NCBI GenBank assembly: GCA_964016885.1
Contig: OZ024741.1
Coordinates: forward strand, 359,786,001 to 359,850,000
From: Eledone cirrhosa
Lineage: Eukaryota
Direction of reading: 5' to 3'
Length of the DNA: 64,000 nt
Shown one piece after another: positions 51,991 through 64,000 of this stretch; position 1 is the stretch's first letter; every line of letters begins with the position of its first letter. The position numbers were made by a program, and so were the translations under genes. Below the pieces are notes generated by a model. That model ran no database searches and had not been told where the DNA came from. It saw only the letters and a program-made list of their open reading frames with translations.

Positions 51991-53074
51991 TGAATTATAT
52001 ATATATAATTCTTTATATAATTTTTTATTCTTTATGTATTCTAAATATATATCATCATCATTTTACATATGCTTTCCATGCTGGTTAGATAGACAACGGA
52101 GGTTTAAGATTAAATAGTTTGGGGAGTCACATTTTGCATGTGCATTTCGTTTTCTGTATCGTTTCTACGGTTGGATGTTCTTCCTAACAACAACCACTTT
52201 CCTAAAGGGTACTTACAACACTATGTTGTGTCTGTTCATTTAAGGCAATCTGACCTGGAGGGAAAAAATAAAAGCGAAAGCAATGATAGAAGAACCATGT
52301 ATAAGATGAAGAGTTTAAGTGTATGATGGGAGAGATAAAGTGAATTAGAATGGTTTATAGGAGAGAAGTAGTAGAGTTGGGGGAGAGAGAATGAGTCATG
52401 GATGGAGAGAGAGATTGATATATGTCAATGAGAAATGAGTATGATAGCTGGCAGTATAAAGAGGATGGCAGTAGGATGTGTATGGTATAAATAGATCTGA
52501 TGCAATCTCTCATATAGTGACTGAGATGGGGGAGGATGTAAACTGATAAGGATTGAATATGACAGGACTAAAGACATCAACTATTATGTGGCTGACATAT
52601 TGCAGTGAAGAGGAGATTGAGTAGGGGAACATCAGAGGAGAGAGAGATTTTAAACACAGATCCAGTCATCTTTAAGTCACATGGGCAGTATAGTGCATTG
52701 AGAGTGAAAGTGAAGGAGATGAGGAAAAAGAAAGGTCCTTTAATTCCTGATGGAGTTATAGAGATGCAGTTCTACATTTTAAACCTGGTGAATTTGAACA
52801 TGAAGGGATGTGTAGACTCACCCTACCTATGGATACATTAAGTAAGTGATTTGATCCAATATTCTCTCTCTCTCTCTCTCTCTACCTCTGTAATATCTGT
52901 ACACCCACATATTGGGATAAGTTATAAAAGGTGAGTAAATACTCAATTTGTTGAGAAGAGATACAATTCTTTCTTCTAGTTCTACGTTAGTTGGAATTGT
53001 ATTTTGTAAGCCAATTTTCCCACCAATGTTATCTTTGTGTTGAATATATTATTTTAGACATTCGGATATAATCA

Positions 53075-54650
53075 TCATATGGCTATGCTGGCTGCACAGT
53101 CACTCCTAACTCACTCTCAGCAGCCATTTTAATCATCCATTTCTCCCAGAAGATCTACAGTGCACATTGCATCATGACAAAGTTGGTTGATGTGTGTCGT
53201 ACATGGTTGACTGACTTTGGTACGCCAATGGGTGGGGTTCCGCAACAGCGCATTGCTAACAATTTCCTCCTTGCTTCTCCAGTAGTGTCCAGTGAAACAC
53301 ATCCTCCTTTCCTGGATGATTTGGTAGAGAGGGGTTAGGTGTCCATAAAGTTCTTGTTTGGTGGGGTGCTGTTGCCAGGATATATTCAAAACAGCACAGA
53401 GCATGTATGTGTAATTACCATCTAGCTCCTTTTCAAGTCTCTTAGTCAATGTTAAAGTGGAACTCCTATACAACAAAACTGAGGCTACAATTGCTTGGAA
53501 GAAGTCTCTCTTCATCTCTCCTCAAACAGTGAGGACTTCTACATATAAGTCAAACTATTCAGGACAGACCAAACAGAAGGTGATATCAATATCTGCAATG
53601 CATATATTGACATCACCTTCTGTTATCTACTTGACAATTGTTTTTTTTGTCCATGGAGGTGATTGTGTATTCTTGATTATAACATATGTACTCAGTTTTG
53701 TCTGAATACCTCTGGTTGATTGTTCCAAGCTGTGAAGAAAAGGTTCCGCATGGGAAGGTGTGTCTGTGAGGAGTGCTAAGTCATCTGCATCAATGTTTGT
53801 TTTAGCTGGGTTTCTCCTACTTCTGGCTCTTTCTAGGGTTAGACTTTTTTCCTTTGCATTGTCCATTAAAGTGAGAAGAACCTAATCTAAGTAGATGATG
53901 AAAAGAAATCAGGCTAAAGTATCCCCTTGCAGCATTCCAGCTATTATATTGAAGGCATCTGTGAATGCATCATAGACTTTGTGTTCACATAAAGTATCAA
54001 GATGGCATCAACAATCTCTTTTGAAATGCAATATGCAAGGAGTATTTCTTTCATTTTTTTTCAAATGTGGATAGAGTTTTTAGGTTTTTTGCTTTTGTTT
54101 CCTTGATTAACCCCCTCACTATTAATATTTGTGCAGATGTGGATCTGCTTCTGTGAAAACCATTTTCTTAAGATCTTTTCAACCTCTTGCCTTATGTGAT
54201 TAACATTTCCAAAGTAGATCTTGGCTACAAGGGCTGTCAGCATTATTCCTTGATAGTTTTTGGCTATCCTGAGATCCCCCCTTTTGTGATGGTGGGGTGA
54301 TGGGAATATGCAGCCTTTCCTCCAGAGTTTTATTTTGTTTTGATTGTATACTGTATTGCATAATTTGAGCAGAATGTTGTCAAGCTTTCTGGTTTTCCAT
54401 GCCTGTAGGATTCTGTCTAAGTCAGTTGATTTTCCATTTTTTATTGACCTGAATATGGAATCCAATTCATCTTCAGAGAATTCACTGAGTTCAACATCAA
54501 GTTGCTGTTGAACTATCTTTTGTATTGACTAGTCAAACATTTTGGGGAGGTTCCCAAAATGCCCCTTCCTGTTATGTAAATACTTGTCTAGGCTGGATGC
54601 TTAGAGTTTGGATTTTGTTGCCCGCTTTCTTTTATAGACTTTAACTCTAT
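53075..54650 (-). mobile_element. Old degenerate RTE LINE (family C, related to B)
   Basis: KRGDLRIAKNYQGI, DADDLALL, FFQAIVASVLLY..ELDGNYT..LYGHL..GHYWRS. Confidence 0.8.
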
Positions 54651-55246
54651 TTCAGGCCATGACCAATTGTTTATTTTCCACAGAGGCTTGAATTTTATCA
54701 TAAATATATTTTTGTTGCTCTGTTGGAGCTTTATATATTTTTTTTCTTTAAGATATACATATCACTACTATAAAGAATTATGCTCTAACAAGATATTTAT
54801 GTGGTTCCACACACTGCTTTATATCATATATAAACATGCTTACATTACTTTAAACTTGCTGTCCTAATTATTGTGGTTAACATAACATTTATAAGGAACT
54901 GCAAAAGACAGTTTAAGTATGAATATCTATAGCGAGTCGAATGGTGGCACGAATGGTTGTGTTGTGGTATTGATTCTGTTATTGAGTCTGTACTCACTTG
55001 CGGATTGCTCAGAGGTGTGGTAGCTGTTGTGTAGTGTAGGTGAGAGAAGCTTGATGTGCCTGATAAAGTGCGACCAGAGATTGTCTGTGTGCAAGTAAGT
55101 GATTAACAGTGTTCATTATGAGGATGAAGGGTTTCTTGATCACGTAGGAAATGAAATATATAAAACACAAAGCCGCTATGTTACTAATTTATTAAATATA
55201 ACTTTCGCCGAAGTTATAAAACAATACACAAAAAACAAATAACCAC

Positions 55247-57815
55247 AGATGAATGGTGGGCATGATTACGGCTCAAGAAATGAAGAAGGAGTGAGACTTC
55301 TTGAATTTTGTGATGCAAGTACACTGACTATTTGCAACACAAACTTCCAGAAACCTGCCAATCACCTAATAACCTACAAATCTGGCGAGTACATAAGTCA
55401 GATTGACTTCTTACTAGTTAGGCAGCGGGACAGGCAGATAGTGTCTAATACCAAGGCATACCCTGGGGAAGAATGTACCTCAACAGCATAGGTTAGTCGT
55501 TAGTGATATCTCAGTAAGCAAGAGATGGAATGAGACATACAGGAAGGTGTGGAGAAGAAAGGTCTGGAAGCTAAAAGACCTTTCACTAAAATACAAATTT
55601 AGGAAAGCCCTTCAAGATGTATATGACGAAAAAGAAGACGATTTAGAGACGTATGACATAGATAATAACTGGAATTTATTACGTGACAACTTGCTGCAGG
55701 CTACTGATGATACTTGTGGCTGGAGCAGAGCTCCAACCAGACAGAGAGTGACCTGGTGGTGGAACAGCACAGTAGATAAGGCCATTAGAGACAAAAGACT
55801 AACATGGAAGGCTTGGAAAAAGGGTGAGAGTAGGGAAGAATATACAGCCGCTAAGAGAGAAGCTAGACGTCAGGTGTACTTAGCACGCAGGGAGGCTGAG
55901 AGTAGGAGGTTTGCCAATGTTCTGCGATGGGAAGATCAGAGGCGTGCGGTGTTCCATATCAGGATGTTGTTGGAGATAAATGTGTCCGGAATGATGCCGG
56001 TGTACTTAGTGTCACGAATGATCAGAAAAAGGAGGCCTGGAAATGTCATTATGAGAGACTGATGAATGTGGAGAACGAATGGGAGAGAGAGAAATTACCC
56101 TTAGTAGATCCGACAGAGGGACCAGCTATTGAGATTGACGAATATAGGGTCCTAGAGGCGATTAAGGAAATGAAAAATGGTAAGGCTGCTGGACCATCGG
56201 GAATAGTTGCTGAGATGCTGAAGGCATCAGGGGTCTTAGGCACTAAACTGGTTGCACGCATCATCAATCAGACTATATATGGTGTCATGCAGCAGTATTC
56301 TCATAAATTGCTACAAAGGTTAAGGGGATGCTCTGGAGAGGAGCAATTATAGGGGTATAAAACTGATGGATCAGGTTATGAAAGTGGCAGAAAGGATATT
56401 AGCACAACTAATTAGAGAAAGGGTCAAACTAGATGAGATGCAGTTTGGTTTTGTGCCTGGGAAGAGTACAACAGATGCCCTCTTCTTGGTGAGACAATTG
56501 CAAGAGAGGTTCTTAGAGAAAAATAAGCCACTATATTTAGCCTTTGTTGACCTAGAGAAGGCCTTTGATAGGGTACCCCGATCTGTCATCTGGTGGTCCC
56601 TAAGGAAACTAGGTGTTGAGGAATGGCTTGTGAGGACAGTGCAAACTTTGTACAGAGGTACTCTCAATAAAGTCAGGGTAGGAATGGAGTTTAGTGAGGA
56701 ATTCCAGATACAAGTAGGAGTACATCAAGGTTCGGTCCTCAGCCCGCTCTTGTTCATTATAATCCTCCATGCCATAACAGAGGAGTTTAAGACTGGCTGT
56801 CCATGGGAACTTCTCTATGCTGACGATCTGGTTCTTATAGCAGAATCAGTAGAGGAGCTAGAGAATAAATTCTGGCTATGGAAACAGCAGTTGGAAGTAA
56901 GAGGACTGAGAGTGAACATAGCTAAGACAAAAGTGTTGATGAGTAGAAAAGAGGACAACACTCTGATTCCGTCAGGGAAATGGCCATGTAGGATATGCAG
57001 AAAAAGAACTGGCATAAATTCTATAAAATGCACACAATGCAGATCCTGGGTACACAAGAGAAGTAGCGGGATAGCAGGCAAACTAGCAGGTAGGGAGAAA
57101 TATGTATGCAGTAGATGTACAGGGAAATTAGACAGTAGAAGTCGCATTGATAGACACATTTTTCAAATGCAGGAGGGTTCTATAGAAGTGGTGGATAGCT
57201 TCCAGTACCTAGATCAGATTAGCATGGTAGGAGGGGTGCTCCGAGGCCATAGTATCTAGAATAAGGACGGGTTGGAAGAAGTTTAGGGAGCTGCTTCCTC
57301 TGCTGACGAAGAAGGGTTTCTCCCTGCGTACGAAAGGCCGGTTGTATGATGCCTGTGTGAGGAGCGCGATGCTGCTTGGTAATGAGACATGGGCAGCAAC
57401 AGCAAAGGATATGCGACGACTGGAGAGAAATGAGGCAAGCATGCTCCGTTGGATGTGCAGTGTAAATGTGCGTGAACGACCCAGCATGAATGTGTTGAGA
57501 GAGAAACTGTCTGAGAGGGATAGAATGTAGTGTACGGGAGAGGAGACTGAGGTGGTATGAACATGTGATGCGCATGGAGGATGACTGATGGGTGAAGAAG
57601 TGCCAGGAAATGCCAGTTGAAGGAAGACGTAGTAGAGGTAGACCACGAAAAACATGGGCGGAGGTGGTGAGAACAGACCTCAGATCGTTGAAGCTCACGG
57701 TGGAGATGACGAAGGACCGTGACGAGTGGAGAGATGCTGTGCTGAATAAGACCCGTCCCACCCTTGCGAGCAGGGAAAAGCAGACGTAAAATGATGATGA
57801 TGATGATGATGATGA
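55247..57815 (+). mobile_element. RTE LINE family D (paralogous to A), 5'-truncated and frameshifted, with almost no 3' UTR
   Basis: RNEEGVRLLEFC, TWWWN, FVDLEKAFDRVPR, YADD, KWPCRIC..CTQC..WVHKR..CSRC, GRPRKTW; tail CCCTTGCGAGCAGGG..(GAT)n. Confidence 0.93.
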
Positions 57816-59164
57816 ATTGCATGATGTTGTGTCAGGATGATGTGTATGTGTTTGCAAAGGTATTATAAAAAAAATATTTTTATCAAACTTCTAATGATGT
57901 GATGAATTTCATTGGCTTGGCTGATAGTAAGAGAGTGAGAAAGAGTAAAACCCCACAGTCTGTTTAAAGCAATACACTACATGTTAACTCTTAGAATTCA
58001 ATGCTCCAACTGACCTGGCTATTTTATAAATATCATTTCTTTTGTCTCCAAGACCTGAGAAGAAGCAGATGGCTCTCTGATGTTAAAATCTCAGACATAT
58101 TGGCGCTAGGAAGCCATTCACAATGTGAACTTATCTGAGGCCACTGAGGTCAGCTTCTTGGTGGCCGATTTAATAGTAAAAAACAACTCTGTTGAAAAGA
58201 GCATCAAATTACTGCTACACATCCATTCTTATTTAATATTGCTGTCCTGATGCGTGTGTTGATCATTGTTATTAGCATTTTTATATGTGGTATTATTCAT
58301 GAAAATGAATGCTTATTTACATAGAGTACAGGATATGAACAATGATACACACTGGAAATTTTCGTTTTGATAAATTAATGGTTTGCATAAGAGAAACCCT
58401 ATAGTTTATATTACTGATATATGGGAGTGATTAAAGATGAAATATTTGGTAAATTTATAGAACACTCCACTCGATTTCAGTGTGAAAAAAAAATATTATT
58501 TTTTCGTGTGCTATCTGTCAATTAATCTTAACCTCCAAGATTCTGGCAATCTGACTTTTTTCTTCGCGTGTTATCAACGAATAGGACCAGCACACCAACC
58601 AGAAACAACTAGATTTGTAGAAAAAGTAAAGTGAAAGGGAGCGATAAGACCATCGGAGTTTCGTTGATCTACACACCTCACGTTTGGTGCGAATAATAAT
58701 CTTTTCGTTTTTTTTTCTGCATCTTAGATGCTAACAATCGACTTTTTCCCGGAAAACGGAAACTCTAATCCTAACTCAGGGGAAAAAAAACCGTATGGAA
58801 AACTCCGAGGGGACTCACCCCACTCCCTCCGGGGAAAAAAATTGATTGCCAGAATCTTGGCGGTTAGATAGTACATAACCACAGTATCGGATATTGGAGC
58901 TGTGATTTCTCAATTTGGAGAAGTAGTGGCTCTACCTGGAATGACTGATCTCCGAGCTACACACTAGAATAACTGTTTCTACTTTAGGCACAAGGCCAGC
59001 AATTACCCAGTGCATTACTGGTACTTTATTTTATCGACCTCGTAAGGATGAAAGGCGAAGTCAACCTCGGCGGGATTTGAACTCAGATCGTAAAGGGACG
59101 TAACTATGCTGGAAAGCATGGCGTCCGACCCTCTACCGATACTGCCAATCCACCGCCCTCTAGA

Positions 59165-59375
59165 ATAACGTTACTCCAAAGACCCTTCGGAAGAACCCCA
59201 TTTAGACCGCTTGTATTCTTTCGGTCATTACCTAAGATTCATGACCATAGGTAAGGGTTGGGACTAATACCGAATTGATGATAGTGAGTTTGGCTTTTAC
59301 ACTTACCTCCCTTTTGATTACCGAATGCTGAAGCTGGCACATTACTGCAGCAGCTCCTACAATTCTTGCATAAAT
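59165..59375 (-). mobile_element. RTE (Rex3/Expander-like) C-terminal fragment
   Basis: ARIVGAAAVMCQLQHSVIKREVSVKAKLTIINSVLVPTLTYGHES..MTER..MGFFRRV. Confidence 0.7.
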
Positions 59376-60265
59376 ATTCAACACGTATAAGATTAAATGT
59401 ACGAGTAACTGTGGAAAGAAATAACTACTCACAGGAACAAATGTAAAGACAGAAGACAGGACTCCGTAACTAAAAAGTGAACTTATTGTAGCAACACGAC
59501 GGATATAAGAAATACATTGTAAGATACAGACGGGGGATATAAATAAACAAACACAGCATTTATAATCGTAGTCGATTAAATTCTAAAGGGAAGCAACTTA
59601 CCATTGTATCCAAGGGAGGTAAATGCTATTTATTCCAAAAGCAGAATTGGAAGTTTCGACGATGCGCATTCTAGTTATTCGACCAGCGGAAGCCTGTTCA
59701 TGAAATTAACATAAAGTGGCTGAGCACTCGGTTTCAGTGAGAAACAATTATTTTTTCTCGTACCTTTCGTGTTTTATCAACCAATCTGACTTTCGAATAT
59801 GCCGCAAAGGATTTTTTTCCTCGGAAAACGAAGAATGAGGAGAGGAGCATGGAAATCACCCCCACCTCTCCTTGGAGTTTTCCTTAAAAATAAGTGTTAT
59901 CAATGAATCTGACATCCAAACCATTCAGAAACTAGCTTTGTAGAAAAAGAAAACCTTAGGAATTTCGCGAGTTATCGACGAATCTGACCACCCAACACTA
60001 ACTCTTTCAATATTTGAGGTACGGTTAAAGGAAAAAAAAAAATTGTAAGGATATATAGTTGAAGAAATAACACTAACACGGATGCAGAAAAACTAAGTCT
60101 TATATTCATAAAGTTAGAATTTTATCAAGTCAATATATCTACGCAAAACCAATGCGGCAACAATCACCATCCCCTCCCCATGGACGACTCGACCCTACCA
60201 CTATGATAGTAGTAGCAGCAGCATACATTTGATAATTGGAGAGATCACTTTATACATATTTTGAA

Positions 60266-60281
60266 GGCCCTGAAAAGGGCC
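60266..60281 (-). terminator. Histone mRNA 3' stem-loop of H2B
   Basis: Reverse complement CAAC-GGCCCTTTTCAGGGCC, 29 nt after the stop. Confidence 0.95.
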
Positions 60282-60310
60282 GTTGATTAGATATACATAA
60301 AAGCAGGTTT

Positions 60311-60685
60311 TTACTTGCTGCTAGTATATTTGGTGACAGCCTTTGTACCCTCAGAGACGGCATGCTTGGCTAATTCACCAGGAAGAAGAAGACGGACAGC
60401 AGTCTGGACCTCACGGCTACTAATGGTCGAACGTTTGTTGTAGTGAGCCAAACGGCTAGACTCATTAGCTATTCTTTCGAACAAATCATTCACAAAACTG
60501 TTCATGATAGACATAGCCTTGCTGGAGATACCAGTATCAGGATGGACTTGCTTCATTACTTTGTAGATGTAGATGGAGTAGCTTTCCTTCCTCTTCCTCT
60601 TCTTTTTCTTATCTCCAATACGTGGAGGTTTATTCTTAGCGGCCTTCTTCGCCCCTTTCGACGGTGCTGCTGGCGCTGGCGGCAT
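60311..60685 (-). CDS. H2B: Histone H2B, replication-dependent, intronless, intact
   Basis: [29 protein letters not shown]...[16 protein letters not shown], 124 aa. Confidence 0.98.
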   Translation of the reverse strand: MPPAPAAPSKGAKKAAKNKPPRIGDKKKKRKRKESYSIYIYKVMKQVHPDTGISSKAMSIMNSFVNDLFERIANESSRLAHYNKRSTISSREVQTAVRLLLPGELAKHAVSEGTKAVTKYTSSK

Positions 60686-60965
60686 TGTTGCGTTGCAGAA
60701 GTCAAAGTCTACTGATAAATGGACAGTGACTCATAACTGTATTTATAGTTGACAGGTAGGCTCACCAGCGCAGTTTCACTCAGCAATTTAGTGCAATTTC
60801 ATTGGTAGAAATTGCTGATACATTTGATCATGTGACTAAAACATGCTATTTCCCTCCTCTTAAACAGCTGCTGACAGTTTCTGGAGCCTATTGTTGTCTA
60901 TATAAAGCCAGACTAGCACTAAAAATACGATTCGTTGTTTTTATCGATCGTATTATTTTGTAATC
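60686..60965. promoter_or_regulatory. Bidirectional H2B/H2A promoter
   Basis: TATAAATA on minus (60740-60747), CCAAT on minus (60801-60805), TATATAAA on plus (60899-60906). Confidence 0.8.
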
Positions 60966-61343
60966 ATGTCCGGACGTGGTAAAGGAGGTAAAGTTAAGGG
61001 AAAGAGCAAGACTCGTTCTTCTCGTGCTGGACTTCAGTTCCCTGTTGGTCGTATTCACCGTCTTCTCCGCAAAGGAAACTATGCCCAACGTATTGGTGCT
61101 GGGGCCCCAGTCTACTTAGCCGCTGTAATGGAATATTTGGCTGCTGAGGTGTTGGAATTGGCAGGAAATGCTGCCAGAGATAACAAGAAATCCAGAATTA
61201 TTCCCCGTCACTTACAGTTGGCCATCCGTAATGACGAAGAATTGAACAAACTTTTGTCTGGAGTGACCATCGCCCAGGGTGGTGTCCTCCCCAATATCCA
61301 GGCTGTACTTCTCCCCAAGAAGACCCAGAAAGCCGCCAAGTAA
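60966..61343 (+). CDS. H2A: Histone H2A, replication-dependent, intronless, intact
   Basis: [45 protein letters not shown], 125 aa; no SQ(E/D) H2A.X tail. Confidence 0.98.
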   Translation: MSGRGKGGKVKGKSKTRSSRAGLQFPVGRIHRLLRKGNYAQRIGAGAPVYLAAVMEYLAAEVLELAGNAARDNKKSRIIPRHLQLAIRNDEELNKLLSGVTIAQGGVLPNIQAVLLPKKTQKAAK

Positions 61344-61375
61344 ATACGATTCAGAAAATGTATTTTACTGCCAAC

Positions 61376-61391
61376 GGCCCTTTTCAGGGCC
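61376..61391 (+). terminator. Histone mRNA 3' stem-loop of H2A
   Basis: CCAAC-GGCCCTTTTCAGGGCC. Confidence 0.95.
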
Positions 61392-62644
61392 CCTAATTTC
61401 TCTGTATTGTTAACCGCCGATTGCGATTTTATTTTTCCTATTTTTGATTTGGAAGGGACATGCTCCGGTAATTTAGGTTCTGTAGTTAGAAATTTAAAAT
61501 CCACCTAACTATATTTTGATATAAATATTTGATCCCCATTCCATGAATTTGTTAATGTAAAACAATTTATAAGATAAACTGCCCCCCCCAATTGAAATTT
61601 AGGGTATACAATCCACGCTAAAACGAATCTCTGCATAATGAAATTGTAGTCATAACTTTATTTTATTTCGTCATTTTTTAATTTAACCCCAAATTTCCAA
61701 CGAACGAACGGGAGTAATCATTCGTTCTTCATAGAAATAGCAACCAAATTTCCTTCACAATCCAGGATCTTAAACGGAAAATATATTGGATACTGTAAGT
61801 AATGAATAGAATTGACTGGAACCCGGTTATTTTTTTTTATAATTCGTAAAAGTATTTAAGAGTATCTTGGTTGATACGTTAGAATTTAAAGTGTAATTTT
61901 AATGATCCGAAATATAAAACCCGTAAAAATTTTACAAATTGCCCTTGATTTATATATGCAAACAGTTACATGGGAGAAGGAGTGTTTATATTTTTCTGTT
62001 CTGTAGTAAAAAACATTCGAAATTTATACAATAGCTATCAATCAAGGAGAGGTCAATAAATATATCAAGACTTCTAATATATAGTTGCTGCTGTTGATTT
62101 TCAATGCGGACGTAGCAGAAAACTATATCGCACAAGTCATGTGTCTTTCAAGAATGACAATCAGCAGCAGTAATTTCTCTGCGCCAACCGATGTTAGAAT
62201 AGTTGAAATACTACTTTCTCTCTCAATGTGTCTATTCTAACAACAGCATAGCGGTGGATTGGCAGTATCGTTAAAAGGTCGGACTACATGCTTTGCAGCA
62301 TAGAGTTACGGCCTGTGTTCAAATCACGCCGAGGTTAACTTTGCCTTTCATCTTTACGGGGTCGATAAAATAAAGCACCAGTGATACACTTGGGTAATTG
62401 CTGGCCTTGTGTCAAAAGCAGAAATTATAACAATAGCAAACATTTTCGGCACCAAAGTATATTTGAATATTTAGATGACTACTCTCGGGTCTTGAATAAT
62501 CGACCCCTCACCCCCGCCGCTTATTAAATTTTGCTAATCTATCTCTAGCGAAATTTTATTTTAAGTGGTAGCATTCCTGCGACAATTAATTTCCTTTAGA
62601 CATAAAAAAAAACATACATGACAAAAAAAGTACATTACTAGAAA

Positions 62645-63130
62645 TCCCATACTTCTGCAGAACCTTCCACAGTAGGTCCCATACACCTTTTGGCATTACT
62701 CCCACGATTTCTCAACGACCTGCTGCATCTGGGGCGAAAACTGCACTGTTCATAAGCTAGCTTGGACTCATCAATCTCTCTACATCTCTTTGCTAGACAT
62801 TTAACATAGTCCCAATTTTCAAAGTAAAATCTATGTTAAATGTCTAGCAAAGAGATGTAGAGAGCTTTGATCTCTGTAAAAGCACCTAAGTAATGGTAAT
62901 CGGGAGTGATAGTCCCAATTTTCAAAGTAAAATCTATCACTCCCGATTACCATTACTTGGGTGCTTTTACAGAGATCAAAGCCACCAGGAATGGAATACA
63001 CGAGTCAGCCAGAGAATATCTCTATTTGAGGCTTTTAACATCTCAGGCCAAATTACATCCTTGCCACATTGAACTCTTTAATTGATCTTGTAACCTCAGC
63101 CTCAGAGATTAGTCATCTTTCCCAGATGTA
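62645..63130 (-). mobile_element. Degenerate RTE fragment (pre-RT and RT N-terminal motifs) containing a double-hairpin rearrangement
   Basis: Broken translation ISEAEVTRSIK..WPEMLKA..LWLTRVF, KAPK.W.SGVIVPIFK, YVKCLAKRCREIDESKLAYEQCSFRP. Confidence 0.75.
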
Positions 63131-63616
63131 CCTCATGTGCATCAAAAGATGCTCTTGTGATCAGTTTTAGGAGATCAGCAAAGTATTCTCTCCACCTTGC
63201 AAGGATGCACCTTTCTGAAGAAGGTTCTCATCTCTTTCCCGCAGAGCTGTTCTGCTAGAAAATGGTTGCAAGTAGCGGATAGCGATATGATAATTGTGAT
63301 ATAAGCGGGCACCTTCTGGGCAAATAAACAGCCCTGGATTAACAACGGTAAACTACTTGAGGAGTAGGAGCGATGGTTAACACCTTTTGTGCCCAAGAAA
63401 ACTCTCACAACCCAGTGATGTAGCTATGATAAGGTGAGTAAGGGCAGCCGCTAAAAATGCCTAGTCTTCACGCTTCTGAGAAAATTGCGTTAAGGTGAGA
63501 GGCATTTTCTAACTGCAATTTTGTTTTTAATAGATAAATATATATTCCCTCGTAATAGCAATATTATAAAGTAGAGTTAGTAGCAGACACATTCTCCAGC
63601 TGAAAAAGAATTTAGA

Positions 63617-63916
63617 ATGGCTTGTACTAAGCAAACAGCTTGTAAATCCACTGGGGGAAAAGTTCCTTGTAATCAACTTGCCACCAAGGCAGCCAGGGAA
63701 AAGCCTGGCACCAACCTCTCCATGAGATCAGACCACCCATGGAACTACCTTCCAAGCTTATTTAGTGGGTCTTTTCAAAGATCCCAACTAGTGTGCCATT
63801 CACGACAAGTGAGTGACTATCATGCCTAAGGATATCCAACTCGCCTATCAGATCTGCTGTGGGAGAGAGCTTAAGTTGCTTCAGTTTATCTAAATAAAAC
63901 GTCCATTTTCAGGGCC
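63617..63916 (+). pseudogene. H3: Histone H3 pseudogene with internal deletions, upstream TATAAA (63565) and degenerate stem-loop (63901-63916)
   Basis: [27 protein letters not shown], later [20 protein letters not shown], stop 63872-63874; GTCCATTTTCAGGGCC. Confidence 0.93.
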
Positions 63917-64000
63917 TCCCTTCTCACAGGAAATGCCCTCTGTTGCTGTTGATTTTGGTATTGCAAATAGTTTTACTGACTGGTACACAGTGCATAGTCT

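Noticed and set aside
54930-55245. LTR-like or element 5' region upstream of RTE family D
   Set aside because: No second copy, clear termini or target duplication is visible.
62776-62982. Identical 21-29-nt repeats with different neighbours, superficially CRISPR-like
   Set aside because: There are only two repeats, the spacers are reverse complements of the flanks, the context is a eukaryotic LINE and no cas genes are present.

Overview
Eukaryotic, AT- and microsatellite-rich genomic DNA, most likely a cephalopod mollusc (octopus-type SINEs and invertebrate histones; inference). Host genes are few: the first coding exon of a choline/ethanolamine kinase (minus strand, about 6.9-7.1 kb), an intact divergent histone H2B/H2A pair with 3' stem-loops (60.3-61.4 kb) and a decayed H3 pseudogene (63.6-63.9 kb). 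The rest is a pile of transposable elements. These include RTE-clade LINEs of at least four families (two carrying a PHD-type C4HC3 finger inside the RT), two Penelope-like elements (RT plus GIY-YIG), Tx1/L1-like 3' ends, mariner, Merlin and hAT-like relics, a probable solo LTR and many SINEs. The most striking signal is a set of about ten short, mostly (TA)n-flanked fold-back or tail elements carrying minimal type I hammerhead-ribozyme motifs: complete cores, atypical core variants, and 3' halves whose palindrome axis lies in the ribozyme stem II. This suggests a ribozyme-linked route to Penelope inverted ends and palindromic mini-elements. Also notable are a base-exact twin-priming-type 5' inversion in an RTE LINE, a head-to-head RTE pair sharing private lesions, and a double hairpin with identical loops inside a dead LINE. 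All calls were made by eye, and repeat boundaries are approximate.
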